Below, piece after piece: positions 20,035 to 31,405 of a stretch of DNA of 64,000 bases. The translations under genes were made by a program, and so were the position numbers. Source of the stretch: Candidatus Hermodarchaeum yapensis (GTDB taxonomy: Archaea > Asgardarchaeota > Hermodarchaeia > Hermodarchaeales > Hermodarchaeaceae); assembly GCA_016840405.1 (NCBI GenBank), contig JAEOSK010000007.1:1-64000 (forward strand). The letters run 5' to 3'. Under the pieces are notes generated by a model that was not told the origin of the DNA, searched no databases, and saw nothing but the letters and a program-made list of their open reading frames with translations. The stretch's first letter is position 1, and each line of letters opens with the position of its first letter.

Positions 20035-23000
20035 TTAGTCTCCCCATTTTCGACGGCGTCTGAAAATAACGATACCCGCACAAGCCACCGCCGCTATGGT
20101 AACAATACCGCCGAATATGATAATTTCTACCGGTATTTGAGGAGTGAAAATAACATTATTTACGGTCACTGAAATGGTTTGGCTCCCCTCATTTCCAGCA
20201 TTATCATATACCGTAACAGTAATGTCGTGTGCTCCGTTGAGAACTAACGTCGTGTTCCAGTTAAAGGTGAAAGGTGCACTAGTAATCTCGCCTACTTCTG
20301 TTCCATCGATGAAGACTTCGATACGTGCGATTCCACTACCTGGATCAGAAGCTGTCATTGAAATCGTAACGATGTCGTTGACCACATCTCCGTCATTGGG
20401 ATTTGTGATTTCCAGTGCTGGATCTGTGGAATCAATCACTGTATAGCTGTAATAGCTAGAATCATTATCATCAACTACCCAATTCCCAGCATTATCGGTA
20501 ATATTGAAGTAGTAGTCAATTTGGGTCTGCCAGATTTGGCTCGAAAGAGTTACTTGATAATGGTTACCACTGGTATGTGCCAGAACCAAAGTCGTCCAAG
20601 AACCTCCATCAACACGATACACCAACAGAGCTGATTGAATACCGCATCCTACATCAGAGACGTCACAGCCAATAGTTGGAGTTGCGTCATATTCGACATT
20701 TGAAGGCGCAGTATCCAAGCTTATTATGACAGGGTCAAAACTGTCAGTCACTGTGTAGTTATAGTAAAGGCCACTGTTATCTTCGACTTGCCAATTATCT
20801 ACGTTATCTGTAGCATTCATCCAGTATTCAATTAGGGTGCCATATGGTTGAGTGACGAAGGTGTATGCATATCGGTTCCCAGTAGTGTGCGTCATCGCCA
20901 CGTAGGTCCATGCGCCGCCATCAATTCGATAGGCTAATACAACACTAGCGATGCCACTCCCAATATCGACAACATCACAACCAATTACCGGAGTATCGTT
21001 GTACTGAACGGGTGAAGGAGTGTGACCAACATTTGATATGACCGGTGGGTTCAGGTCACCAACCGTGTAGGTATAATAGCTACCTCCGTTGTTCTCGACA
21101 GCGTTGTTTGCAGCATTATCAGTTGCATCAATGTAGTATTCAACAAACGCATTCAACGCCTGAACAGGAATGGTTCCCTCGTAGTGATCACCACTTGTGA
21201 AACTCATGGCTACGATATCCCATGATCCTCCGTCGACGCGATAGTGCAATTGAACAGAACTTACTCCGCTCCCTGGATCAGAAACATTACACCCAACTAT
21301 GGGGGCATCAAATTGTGAAACCACAATAGGAGTATGACCCACCTCACTAATCACAGGATCAGTGTTATCAACAACTGTGTAGCTGTAATAACTGCCAGTG
21401 TTGTCATCGATAATCCAATTGCCTGCAATATCCGTGGCATTCGCATAATACTGTACAACACTATTCCACGACTGAACTGGAATTGTCCCTTCGTAGTGAT
21501 CACTCACAGGACCACTCATAGCTACTTGTGTCCAGCTCCCGCCATCAACTCGATAGTATAAGACAACAGAGCTGACTCCACTACCACCATCAGTAACATC
21601 GCAACCCACTACAGGAGTATCATCATATTCGACGGTACTGGGGGAGTGATCGACACTGCTGATGAGTGGATCGGTGAAGTCGTCAACTCGGTAGCTATAG
21701 TAGCTCCCTGTGTTGTCATCAGTTGCCGTATTTGCGGCGTTGTCTCGGGCAACGAAGTAGTACTCTACGAGAGTGTCATAGACGTATGCAGATAGGGTGG
21801 TTTCATAGTGAATGCCTGTTGTATGTGTCATGGCAACCCAGAACCACGACCCTCCATCGATGCGGTAGTATAATCGGATATAATCGATGTCACTACCTGG
21901 ATCAGACACATCACAGCTAATAACAGGACTATCCGTGTAGTCTGGGTTCAAGGGTGTTCGTCCAAGATTACTGATAATCGGGTCTGTGGTGTCTTGTACC
22001 GTGTAGCTGTAATAGCTACCTCCATTATCATTCACAGCAAAGTTGCCTACAGTATCCGAGGCGTTCACATAGTATTCGACTAAATCATTCCACGCTTGGG
22101 CGGGAATTGTGCCTTCGTAGCTGTCGCCGGTGGCGGGGTTCATGGCGACAGTGCTCCATCCGCCTCCGTTCACCCGATAATAGAGGGTGACTGTTCCCAC
22201 ACCACTTTCTGTGTCAGTGACATCACAACTTACATCCGGGTTATCGGTGTACTCAACGGGGGTCGGTGAATGACTGATATTTGAGATATTCGGTGGAGTC
22301 GTTTCAGTGACTGTGTAGTAGTAATAGCCCCCACTTGCATCATCCGTAGCGCTATTACCTGCTGAATCAGTGGCCACGATATAGTATTCCGTGAAGGTAT
22401 CATAAGGCATGGCACCAATGGTGGCTTCATAATGGTTTCCACTGGTATGGCCCATGGCCATTGAACTCCATCCACCGGAGTCAAACTGATACCATAAGGT
22501 GACAGTGCTGACACCACTCCCATCATCAATCACATCACAGCCGACTGTTACCGGATCAGAGGATGTCACGACCCCAGGTGTATGTCCAACATTGCTGATG
22601 TCCGGATCTGTATTATCCACAACGGTATAACTGTAGTTACTTCCACCATTGTCTTCAGTTGCTGAATTCCCAGCATTATCAAAGGCAACAACGTAATATT
22701 CTACATCATCATCCCATGATTGAACAGGGATGCTTCCTTCGTAGCTATTGCCGGTAGCAGGGCTCATGGAGACGGGGTTCCATCCGCCTCCGTTCACCCG
22801 ATAATAGAGGGTAACTGTGTCTACGTCACTACCTGCATCGATGACGTCGAAGCTGACAACCGGGCTTACAGTGTATTCGACGGTAATAGGATTTCGATTG
22901 TGGTTGCTGATTAGTGGGTTTACGGTGTCATCTACGGTGTAACCGTAGTAGGCTCCTGAATTATCATCGATCCCCCATGCACCTGCATTATCGGTCGCAT

Positions 23001-25725
23001 TGACATAATATTGGACCTGCGCATTCCATGCTTGGGCCGGAATGCTGCCAGCGAATCCCGTACCTGACGTGGGGGACATAGTGACGGTGTTCCATCCGCC
23101 CCCGTCCACACGATAATATATCACAACCGTATCAATCCCACTGTCTGAATCAGTAACATTACAGCTCACCGTGGGGCTATCGGTGTATTCAACAGAGGTG
23201 GGTGTATGAGCAACATTAGTGATTACGGGGGGAATGGTGTCAGTTACAGTATAGCTGTAGGTTCCACTAATGCCTTGAAGGTCCATGTTATCGGTAGCGT
23301 TGACATAATATTCTACAAAGGTTCCGTACGGCTGTTGACCAATCGGTGCATAATAGCCTGCAAATCCAGTAGTAACCATGGTTGTGTTTTCCCAAGCTCC
23401 GCCATCAAAGCGGTAAAAGACCTTAATGCTTTGTAGGCCGCTTCCTTCTTCGGTGATTTCTGCAGTAACATTCACAGTATCCGTATAGCCCACTGGACTA
23501 GGAGTTTGAATAACATTATCAATACTGGGAGCAGTCTGATCCGTAACTGTATAATTCCAATAATCTCCGTTATCCAATGCAGTCGTTGTTAAACCCCAAT
23601 CATCTGTAGCTGTTACGTAATATTCCACGAAGGCATTGTGGTTCTGACCCGGAATAGTACCACTATAGGTGTCACCAGCTTGATAAGTCATTGAAGCCTG
23701 TTGCCAGGAACCACCATCTACACGATAATGTGCTAGCACGCTCTGAATGTCCTGTTCGACCACATCTGCAGACACTTGCACACCCTCTTGATGGTCAGGA
23801 GTTGTGGGGGTGTGAGACACATTACTCACCTGAGGTGCCGGATCATCATAGAGGTAGAGGTCATCAAAGAGAATCTCAAGTCGTGCAGTTGCGGAAACTC
23901 GTAGATATAATTCTTCCATAGTAATATCGGGAAGACTACCAAAGACTGCTTCATAGTCGTGGGTTAAGTCGCGGTGCATTTGCATCCATAATCCTGTTGT
24001 TCCAGCACCAGTGACGTTGAAGTAGGCTACTGAAGATGAATTAGAAGGACTGGCAGTCATTCCATTCATGTAATAATTTAGTTCACGTCCATCAGTGAGA
24101 ACTAGTCGGAACCAAACCTGGTTTGCAGTGACGGTATCTTCAATGCGCCACATAACATCCAGATAGGTTTCACGGGTGCTGTTCAAAGGTCGTTGTTGCA
24201 TCGCATGACGGAGAGTCAGCGTTCCACTCGAATGAGTTACATTCCCAGCTTTACTGCCATCATAAGCAGTCCCGGTGACGGTCATTCGTGACGATGTCGT
24301 AGTGAACCCCTGAACTTGTTGGCCTACCGCTGGTTGATCCTCAAAAGCTGCATGATTCAATGCCGCAGCACGTAGATTTACACTGTCAATTTGAGTGCTA
24401 ATAAGTGAATCAGTGCCATTAGCCGTTAAAAAGACTTCAACGTACCAGATCATTAATTCGCTAAGTGAGAAGTGAGAATTTGCATCGGACCATAGGTTAA
24501 CGTCTAAATGCTTCCAACTTCCTGTAGTATTGAAATCATTGGGATGGAGAACAACATCAAAGGAGCTGTTAGCAACTGGGCTACTCGACCCACCGTATCC
24601 GAGCATGTAATAGACATTTCGAGTCGCTGCCCCATCTCGACAACGGAATATGATGCACGCATAAGTGTTTGCAGTCAGGTTATCAAAAGTCAGATACCAT
24701 CTCATACTGACATGACCCTGATTGAGACTAGTCAATCGGGTATAGGGGTAATCGCGGGTATTGACATAACTGTAATTACCAAAGGAATAAGCAGTGAGAT
24801 TGGCACTATAAGTTCCTTCATGAGCTGTTGTACTTCGCTCAAATTTCCCAGCATCAGAAGAATCGGGTACTGTCCATGATGTGAAATCTCCTGTCTCAAA
24901 ATTCCCATTCCTATTCGTCCCGTTAATCCAATAATACCCGTCAGTTTCATTAAGCAGCTTAACATTATCAATATATCCACGCAGTAGTTGATCAGTTCCA
25001 CCCAGGGCTTGTAACTGGAATCTAATATTATCCACATAGATGTTTTCACTATAAGATCCTGCAAGCTGAGAAACTGACAAGAAATCAGATGTAAGATTAC
25101 GTGTAAGGGTATTCCATTGTTGTGCTGGACCCAAATCATAAATAAAGTATCCTTCCCAAGTGGAATTTTGGTCAATACTCGAGGTTCCATTGAGGAAATA
25201 AAATAACCAATAGGTATTGACACCATCTTGGAGTTGCACCTCTGCATACATTACATCCTCGATCGGATTCTCATTTTGATCGAGATACCAATCAAATTCC
25301 AAGGTTATATTGGAAAAGTCAGCGTCAATTCCTGTTTGTTCTAAAGTTGCAGTGGCAGTTTGATCTGGGTAGTTTTGGCACTGATAACCGGCCGAATAGG
25401 ATCCTTCATTAACTTGGGTTGTTTCAACCCAATGGTGACGGTTACCCGTTTTAGAAACACTCCATCCATCAGCCTCATATGCAGATGACCAATCCTCAAA
25501 CCCAGGATTTTCAAAATGATTTGAACTCCAATTAGCTTGACCCAAATCAGGGCCCGGTACAGGAATACGATTCATTCCATTTTCAAGCGTTCCATCTTCA
25601 GTGCCCAATGTCCCACCCATATCATCAGAAAGCGGAAAGCCTCCATTCAAATAAGTGGTCGTCATCGCACCAAGCGGAAGTAAACCAATTAACAATATCA
25701 ATAGTAAGGGGTAGCCAGCCCTCAT
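20035..25725 (-). CDS. Large cell-surface protein: signal peptide, 3 CBM-like domains, 11 Ig/FN3-like repeats, Big-type Ig domain, C-terminal TM
   Basis: NPGFED/NGNFET/AAFED domain starts; ~104-aa repeats containing YRVDGG.W and VEYYV.ATD.AGN; TM followed by RRRRK. Confidence 0.88.
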   Translation of the reverse strand: MRAGYPLLLILLIGLLPLGAMTTTYLNGGFPLSDDMGGTLGTEDGTLENGMNRIPVPGPDLGQANWSSNHFENPGFEDWSSAYEADGWSVSKTGNRHHWVETTQVNEGSYSAGYQCQNYPDQTATATLEQTGIDADFSNITLEFDWYLDQNENPIEDVMYAEVQLQDGVNTYWLFYFLNGTSSIDQNSTWEGYFIYDLGPAQQWNTLTRNLTSDFLSVSQLAGSYSENIYVDNIRFQLQALGGTDQLLRGYIDNVKLLNETDGYYWINGTNRNGNFETGDFTSWTVPDSSDAGKFERSTTAHEGTYSANLTAYSFGNYSYVNTRDYPYTRLTSLNQGHVSMRWYLTFDNLTANTYACIIFRCRDGAATRNVYYMLGYGGSSSPVANSSFDVVLHPNDFNTTGSWKHLDVNLWSDANSHFSLSELMIWYVEVFLTANGTDSLISTQIDSVNLRAAALNHAAFEDQPAVGQQVQGFTTTSSRMTVTGTAYDGSKAGNVTHSSGTLTLRHAMQQRPLNSTRETYLDVMWRIEDTVTANQVWFRLVLTDGRELNYYMNGMTASPSNSSSVAYFNVTGAGTTGLWMQMHRDLTHDYEAVFGSLPDITMEELYLRVSATARLEILFDDLYLYDDPAPQVSNVSHTPTTPDHQEGVQVSADVVEQDIQSVLAHYRVDGGSWQQASMTYQAGDTYSGTIPGQNHNAFVEYYVTATDDWGLTTTALDNGDYWNYTVTDQTAPSIDNVIQTPSPVGYTDTVNVTAEITEEGSGLQSIKVFYRFDGGAWENTTMVTTGFAGYYAPIGQQPYGTFVEYYVNATDNMDLQGISGTYSYTVTDTIPPVITNVAHTPTSVEYTDSPTVSCNVTDSDSGIDTVVIYYRVDGGGWNTVTMSPTSGTGFAGSIPAQAWNAQVQYYVNATDNAGAWGIDDNSGAYYGYTVDDTVNPLISNHNRNPITVEYTVSPVVSFDVIDAGSDVDTVTLYYRVNGGGWNPVSMSPATGNSYEGSIPVQSWDDDVEYYVVAFDNAGNSATEDNGGSNYSYTVVDNTDPDISNVGHTPGVVTSSDPVTVGCDVIDDGSGVSTVTLWYQFDSGGWSSMAMGHTSGNHYEATIGAMPYDTFTEYYIVATDSAGNSATDDASGGYYYYTVTETTPPNISNISHSPTPVEYTDNPDVSCDVTDTESGVGTVTLYYRVNGGGWSTVAMNPATGDSYEGTIPAQAWNDLVEYYVNASDTVGNFAVNDNGGSYYSYTVQDTTDPIISNLGRTPLNPDYTDSPVISCDVSDPGSDIDYIRLYYRIDGGSWFWVAMTHTTGIHYETTLSAYVYDTLVEYYFVARDNAANTATDDNTGSYYSYRVDDFTDPLISSVDHSPSTVEYDDTPVVGCDVTDGGSGVSSVVLYYRVDGGSWTQVAMSGPVSDHYEGTIPVQSWNSVVQYYANATDIAGNWIIDDNTGSYYSYTVVDNTDPVISEVGHTPIVVSQFDAPIVGCNVSDPGSGVSSVQLHYRVDGGSWDIVAMSFTSGDHYEGTIPVQALNAFVEYYIDATDNAANNAVENNGGSYYTYTVGDLNPPVISNVGHTPSPVQYNDTPVIGCDVVDIGSGIASVVLAYRIDGGAWTYVAMTHTTGNRYAYTFVTQPYGTLIEYWMNATDNVDNWQVEDNSGLYYNYTVTDSFDPVIISLDTAPSNVEYDATPTIGCDVSDVGCGIQSALLVYRVDGGSWTTLVLAHTSGNHYQVTLSSQIWQTQIDYYFNITDNAGNWVVDDNDSSYYSYTVIDSTDPALEITNPNDGDVVNDIVTISMTASDPGSGIARIEVFIDGTEVGEITSAPFTFNWNTTLVLNGAHDITVTVYDNAGNEGSQTISVTVNNVIFTPQIPVEIIIFGGIVTIAAVACAGIVIFRRRRKWGD

Positions 25726-25963
25726 AGATATCCCTCGGAGGTTGTGTCTCCCCTGTATGTCATGAGCACAACTAAAAGCCTTTGCATCAGAAGATGTCTA
25801 GAGTGATTTTCGCTTGACTAAATAACAATGAGTATGAAACAAACTACGAGGAATCAGGCAATCAACCAATTCCTTGATTGTGAAAAAGTTAGTTTCTACT
25901 AACAACTATTCAACTCGTTTAGGTTTCACTTAATATAATTGAAAAACATGAAGAAATAACGAA

Positions 25964-26428
25964 ATGATAAAACCTCTTTTTTATACTCAAGCCACCTCCT
26001 TCGATGGAACCTTGTCTTGGGAAATTACAGTCCCACGGACATCTTTTACAATTTCCCTCAAACGGAAAACGACCTTTCCTATTCGGTTTCTAATAACAAA
26101 TAACTCCGAGAAGCGGTTGTTAGTGCAAATCGAGGTTCACTCGTTATCACGAGTCCTTCGGTTTCAGATCAAAAAGACAACGGCCTTTGGCAGCGCCCGA
26201 GCTAAGCAACAACGTGAAAAACCTACTAGCCTGATAAAGCGCAACATCGCTCCTCTACGAAGTGTCCAATTCACGATAAATGCCAATTTCCATCCACATC
26301 TCTCAATTCAACCTATGACCCAAATTGGTCTTGAGTACGTAGTATCTGCTTTTGATGAGGACGGGAAAACTGTCACCCATACTGATCCGTATCGGATCAT
26401 CATCCCTTTAGCGAAAAAGAAAAGGTGA
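25964..26428 (+). CDS. Hypothetical basic beta-rich protein
   Basis: 154-aa ORF with Ig-like strand pattern and an AT-rich upstream region. Confidence 0.65.
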   Translation: MIKPLFYTQATSFDGTLSWEITVPRTSFTISLKRKTTFPIRFLITNNSEKRLLVQIEVHSLSRVLRFQIKKTTAFGSARAKQQREKPTSLIKRNIAPLRSVQFTINANFHPHLSIQPMTQIGLEYVVSAFDEDGKTVTHTDPYRIIIPLAKKKR

Positions 26429-26525
26429 ATCAACTAATTAGACCTAAAAATGCCTTTGGTAAAAATCAGTTACTGTTGATCAAAGGCTGGGAAATTGGGG
26501 GAGAAAATAAAGATAGACGCATCTC

Positions 26526-27005
26526 CTACGCCGGAAGTCCGGGTAAGAGATGCACCCTAAAGATAAAGGAAGAAGTCGCCCTCTGTTCACCTTTCGGCTC
26601 AATATAATTGACCCAAATGTGATGTTGCATGTTGCAGCAAGCGTAATGTCTAGATTCGAATTCGACCCCGCCACATTCCCACACGAACTTGTACCAACCG
26701 GCTGGGACACCACAAAATTCGATCCAGCCAGTATCATTGGTGTAAAAGGTACCAATATGTAGCCAACAATCCATGTAATAAACATCGACTTCTAATCCTT
26801 GAAGATAGATGTCTTTGTCTTGCCATTCGATGCCGTCCATTAAGTCCTTGTACAAGAATTGTTTGGATATACATATGCCGGGTGAAGAGAGGGCGGTTTC
26901 TTCAGCTTTAGCTTGGTTTGGGGGTGCAAGAAATATACAGATTCCGATGAATGCCACTGTAGCAATAGTAATCAGAAGTACTCTTGAAGTCTTTAGTTCA
27001 CTCAT
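26526..27005 (-). CDS. Secreted Cys-rich protein, prealbumin/SpaA-like fold
   Basis: Signal peptide; GTFYTNDTGWIEFCGVPAGWYKF pattern. Confidence 0.6.
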   Translation of the reverse strand: MSELKTSRVLLITIATVAFIGICIFLAPPNQAKAEETALSSPGICISKQFLYKDLMDGIEWQDKDIYLQGLEVDVYYMDCWLHIGTFYTNDTGWIEFCGVPAGWYKFVWECGGVEFESRHYACCNMQHHIWVNYIEPKGEQRATSSFIFRVHLLPGLPA

Positions 27006-27281
27006 CCTCTTTCCTCGTCATGAGGTTTGGTTTTTTTGTGGAGATTATGCATGACATCCAGTCTGCTCCCTACTCCTTTGGAGGTAGGTAATCTCACATA
27101 TCCCGCTGGTTCTGTTCAAGCCTGGAATCCGTAGGAAACCAGATACCTCAAGGTTCTATTGACTGATTCTTAATATAAAGTGTTAATGGCTTGTTCTAAG
27201 TGTAGAAAAACGTAACAGTTTCCAACAGGAAAGCTATTTTTTGATTAGTTAAAAAATAACCGACTTAAACCACAAAATAGC

Positions 27282-28553
27282 TTATTGTGCAGAAAAAGCG
27301 ATTTTTCCATTTTTTATCACTTTTTCGACGAGATTTATTCCAAAATGATAAGGGATATGAGCATGGTTCGGAGTATCGATGATCAAAATATCGGCCTGTT
27401 TATTTGGTTCGAGACTCCCAACCACATGGGATCGGTTGATTGCATGGGCGGCATTAATGGTTGCCGCGGCAATGGCTTCAGCTGGAGTCATTCGCATATT
27501 CAGACAGGCCAAGGTCAAAATGAGTTGCATTGATTCGGTCATGCAATTCGGATTATAATCGGTTGCCAATGCCACGGGTACTCCCGCGTCAATTAATTTT
27601 CGTGCAGGTGCATACTCTTTCTCCATTAAGACAAAGGCGGTTGCCGGTAAAAGGACCGCAACTACTTGGGCTTTGGCTAGCGCTTGGATGCCTTGGTTCG
27701 AAACTTTCAAGAGATGATCCGCAGAAATCGCTCCGACTTCGGCGGCTAGTTCTGCTCCGCCTAAGGTGGTCATCTCATCAGCATGCACCTTTGGGATGAG
27801 ATCATATTCCTTGGCCCGGTTGAGAATACGCCTTGATTGGTTAATGTCAAAGACGCCTTCTTCAGCGAACACATCACAAAATTCCGCCATTCCCTTTTTT
27901 GCCACGGTGGGAATCATTTTTTCCATGACCAGTTTCACATAGTGTTCTGGTCGGTCTTTGTATTTTTGAGGGACAACATGGGCTCCCATAAACGTCGGAA
28001 CAACATCAATTGGATGAATCAGGTTGAGGTCACGGATGGCAAGTAATTGTTTGTATTCGTGTTTGGGTTCCAAGCCATAACCGGACTTCCCTTCAACGGT
28101 TGTCGTGCCATACCGGAGCATACGATTCAACGTGTGTTGCCCAAGGCGCACCAAGGTCTTTCGACTTGCCTTTCGAGTCGCTTTGACCGTCACATTGATT
28201 CCTCCCCCCGCCTCCAAGATTTCCATGTAGGAGGCACCCTGAATTTTCTGGACAAATTCCTTTTCCCGGGTGCCCGCAAAGGCTAAATGGGCGTGGGGAT
28301 CCACGAATCCTGGAAGGACCGTTTTTCCTGTTGCATCAATGACCTTCGGTCGCGTTCCGGCTTTGACAAGTTTTTCAATTTCTCTGGTTGTTCCAACAGC
28401 AGCAATGCGATTTTCTTGGATCGCGACCGCTCCGTCTTTAATAATCCCTAACTCTGCGAGTTCGGTTCCTAGTTTGGGTGTGTGGCTGGCTCCAGCTAGG
28501 GTGAGGAGTTCTGCGGCATGTAAAATGACTGAATCGAAATGCATCCTTTCCAT
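27282..28553 (-). CDS. hutI: Imidazolonepropionase
   Basis: PGFVDPHAH, EGKSGYGL, HADE and ALATDYNP motifs. Confidence 0.95.
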   Translation of the reverse strand: MERMHFDSVILHAAELLTLAGASHTPKLGTELAELGIIKDGAVAIQENRIAAVGTTREIEKLVKAGTRPKVIDATGKTVLPGFVDPHAHLAFAGTREKEFVQKIQGASYMEILEAGGGINVTVKATRKASRKTLVRLGQHTLNRMLRYGTTTVEGKSGYGLEPKHEYKQLLAIRDLNLIHPIDVVPTFMGAHVVPQKYKDRPEHYVKLVMEKMIPTVAKKGMAEFCDVFAEEGVFDINQSRRILNRAKEYDLIPKVHADEMTTLGGAELAAEVGAISADHLLKVSNQGIQALAKAQVVAVLLPATAFVLMEKEYAPARKLIDAGVPVALATDYNPNCMTESMQLILTLACLNMRMTPAEAIAAATINAAHAINRSHVVGSLEPNKQADILIIDTPNHAHIPYHFGINLVEKVIKNGKIAFSAQ

Positions 28554-28594
28554 TACGGGGGAACAAGGGAATAAAACCTAATAAATGAGGCTCT

Positions 28595-29569
28595 TCACGA
28601 TTTCTTCTTCTTTGAAAGGCTTGATAGAACACTGGCATGTTTGGGATTCTTTTCAGCCAGTTTTCGATCTATAGCGATTTCCAGAATGTCCTCAAGGGAG
28701 AAGCCTTCCAATCTTAGATAGTAATCTGCAACGCCCGCTAAGGCTTCGATGGGGACCAGTCCACAAAATTCCGCACCTACTACAGGAACACCATATCGGG
28801 CGGCTTCAATTTTGACTAGTTCCATTTGTCGGTACAACGGTGACTTCCGGAAATCAGTATTCGTGATACCAATTTGCGTGATATCTCGATCCTCCCAGAG
28901 GGCACCCATGGCCTTAATTCGGACAAGACCTCCCTTCTTGCGGTGAATCGCCTTCGCTACCGCTTTAGCAATCTGGAGATCCGTTGTTCCCAAGTTGATG
29001 TTTAACCCAACCATCACTTCCCGAGCACCAGTCATGGTGGCACCCGCGGTAGGATGGGGTTTGGCTGGACCATATGCGGGGTGTCGTTCGGGGTCTTTCA
29101 TGTTCTTGGCAAGGGCTTCCCATTCGCCCTTCCGAATCCAGTCAACATCGCCCTTTTCAGGAGTTTCAGCAGCTTCACCATAGAGATACACGGGGACATC
29201 ATGCTCTTCTGCAAATGCATTGGCGAATTCTTTGGACAGGGTGATACAGTCCTCGACGGTCATATTTTTGATTGGGACGAAGGGGGCTACATCCAAGGCT
29301 CCAATTCGCGGGTGTTGTCCTTTGTGTTTCCGCATATCAATCCGTTCAATCGCCACACGACCTGCGTTCAACATGGCAGTTTTAGCTGCTTCGGGTTCAC
29401 CGAAATAGGTTATGACTAGCCGGTTGTAGGCGGTGTCATGTTCATAATCGAGAAGGTGGACGCCTTTCGTTTGGCGAATGGCATCAACAATAGCATCAAT
29501 GGTCTTACTATCTGAACCTACGCTAAAGTTTGGAATGCATTCAACAATTCGGTCCATTTTTGCTTTCAC
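28595..29569 (-). CDS. ftcD: Glutamate formiminotransferase
   Basis: VECIPNFS, IDMRKHKGQHPRIGA.DV.PF and HPTAGAT motifs. Confidence 0.93.
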   Translation of the reverse strand: MKAKMDRIVECIPNFSVGSDSKTIDAIVDAIRQTKGVHLLDYEHDTAYNRLVITYFGEPEAAKTAMLNAGRVAIERIDMRKHKGQHPRIGALDVAPFVPIKNMTVEDCITLSKEFANAFAEEHDVPVYLYGEAAETPEKGDVDWIRKGEWEALAKNMKDPERHPAYGPAKPHPTAGATMTGAREVMVGLNINLGTTDLQIAKAVAKAIHRKKGGLVRIKAMGALWEDRDITQIGITNTDFRKSPLYRQMELVKIEAARYGVPVVGAEFCGLVPIEALAGVADYYLRLEGFSLEDILEIAIDRKLAEKNPKHASVLSSLSKKKKS

Positions 29570-29575
29570 CTAGGT

Positions 29576-31240
29576 TTAGTCCTTAAGAAATGGAATTTTG
29601 ATATCACGCTTTTTAGCGAATTCAATTGCCTCCGGGTATCCTGCATCAACGTGACGGACAACTCCCATCCCTGGGTCGGTGGTTAACACGCGGAGGAGTC
29701 GGCGTTCAGCTTCCGGAGTTCCATCGGCTACTGATACTTGGCCCGCTGAGATGGCGTAAGGAATGCCCACGCCTCCTCCTTGGTGAAGTGAAACCCAGGT
29801 TGCTCCAGCTACTGCGTTGATGAGCACGTTCAATACAGGCCAGTCAGCGATAGCATCACTTCCATCACGCATATTCTCCGATTCGCGGTTGGGGGATGCT
29901 ACTGAACCAGCATCAAGGTGGTCACGGCCAATAACAATGGGGGCTTTTAGTTCTCCACTAGCAACCAGTTGGTTTAGCGCTTTTCCAAACTGCGCCCGTT
30001 CACCATAGCCCAGCCAGCCTACTCGAGCAGGTAAACCCTCAAACTGCACTTTTTCATGGGCGAGTCTGATCCACCGCTTTAAGATGTAGTTATCTGGAAA
30101 AAGTTTGAGCACTAAATCGTCGGTTCGGTAGATGTCTTCCGGTTCGCCAGAAAGGGCTACCCAGCGGAAGGGCCCGCGTCCCTCACAGAAAAGTGGGCGA
30201 ATAAAGGCTTCGACGAATCCAGGGTACTTCCATCGGTTCTTCTTCTCATCCCAGGAGATCTTTTTCGTATGTTGTCGTAGATTATTCCCGTAATCAAAGG
30301 TGATGGACCCTCGTTCTTGAAGGTCGAGAATCGCTTTCATGTGATGGAGCATCGAATCTTTGGAATGGCGAATATAATCCTCCGGGTCTTTTTCTCGAAG
30401 GCGATCTGCGTCTTCCTTACTAAATCCCTTGGGATAATAACCCGTTAGGGGGTCATGTGCTGCTGTCTGATCCGTCACGACGTCAACCTTGACGCCCCGA
30501 CGAACTATTTCAGGATGGGTCTCCGCGGTGTTACCAACTAATCCAATTGAACGTGGGGTTTCTTTTTCAAGGGCTTCCTCTGCGAGCTGTAAGGCTTCAT
30601 CTAAATCGTCTGTTTTGAGTTCACAGTAACCTGCTCGCATGCGTTTATCGATAGCCGCTTCGTCGACATCGACCGCGATGACAACGCCTTCATTGAATGT
30701 AACCGCGAGAGGTTGGGCACCTCCCATAGCCCCTACGCCTCCAGTTAAGGATAATTTCCCTTTCAACGTGCCACCAAAATGTCGGTCTGCTACTGCAGCA
30801 AAAGTTTCGAATGTTCCTTGAAGGATACCCTGGGTTGCGACGTAAATCCATGATCCTGCGGTCATTTGCCCAAACATGGTCAATCCTTGTTTGTAGAGTT
30901 TGTGGAAATTCTCCTCCGTGGCCCAAAACGGTACGATCAAGGAATTAGCGATAATTGCCCGAGGCGCATCCGTATGTGTTTTAAACACTGCGACGGGTTT
31001 TCCCGATTGGATGAGCATTGTCTCATCGGGCTCTAATTCCAGTAGGGTTTCCACAATTTTATCAAAACATTTCCAATTTCTGGCGGCTTGTCCCGTTCCT
31101 CCGTAGACGATAAGGTGTTCCCAATCCTTTGCGACATCTGGATCTAGGTTATTTTGGAGCATGCGAAGGATGGCTTCGATTTGCCAGTTCTTACAATGTA
31201 ATTGGGAACCACGGTAAGCGCGAATCGGTTTACGTGTCAT
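29576..31240 (-). CDS. hutU: Urocanate hydratase
   Basis: [30 protein letters not shown] motifs. Confidence 0.97.
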   Translation of the reverse strand: MTRKPIRAYRGSQLHCKNWQIEAILRMLQNNLDPDVAKDWEHLIVYGGTGQAARNWKCFDKIVETLLELEPDETMLIQSGKPVAVFKTHTDAPRAIIANSLIVPFWATEENFHKLYKQGLTMFGQMTAGSWIYVATQGILQGTFETFAAVADRHFGGTLKGKLSLTGGVGAMGGAQPLAVTFNEGVVIAVDVDEAAIDKRMRAGYCELKTDDLDEALQLAEEALEKETPRSIGLVGNTAETHPEIVRRGVKVDVVTDQTAAHDPLTGYYPKGFSKEDADRLREKDPEDYIRHSKDSMLHHMKAILDLQERGSITFDYGNNLRQHTKKISWDEKKNRWKYPGFVEAFIRPLFCEGRGPFRWVALSGEPEDIYRTDDLVLKLFPDNYILKRWIRLAHEKVQFEGLPARVGWLGYGERAQFGKALNQLVASGELKAPIVIGRDHLDAGSVASPNRESENMRDGSDAIADWPVLNVLINAVAGATWVSLHQGGGVGIPYAISAGQVSVADGTPEAERRLLRVLTTDPGMGVVRHVDAGYPEAIEFAKKRDIKIPFLKD

Positions 31241-31405
31241 GGGTCTCCAACCTGAACCTCAAATGCCATTGAGCTTTGTCGCTGGGGGCTTTAAGTTGTT
31301 TTCTGTATCACAGTTCCTGTAAGTCTCCATGATATAGTGACACAAAATATCTGCTTTTATGATAGTTTCGATTTATGATATCAATGTAGGGAGGCCATAA
31401 TTCTC

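Noticed and set aside
20035-25725. Diversity-generating retroelement TR/VR pair among the repeats
   Set aside because: No reverse transcriptase is present, and the repeat differences are not adenine-specific.
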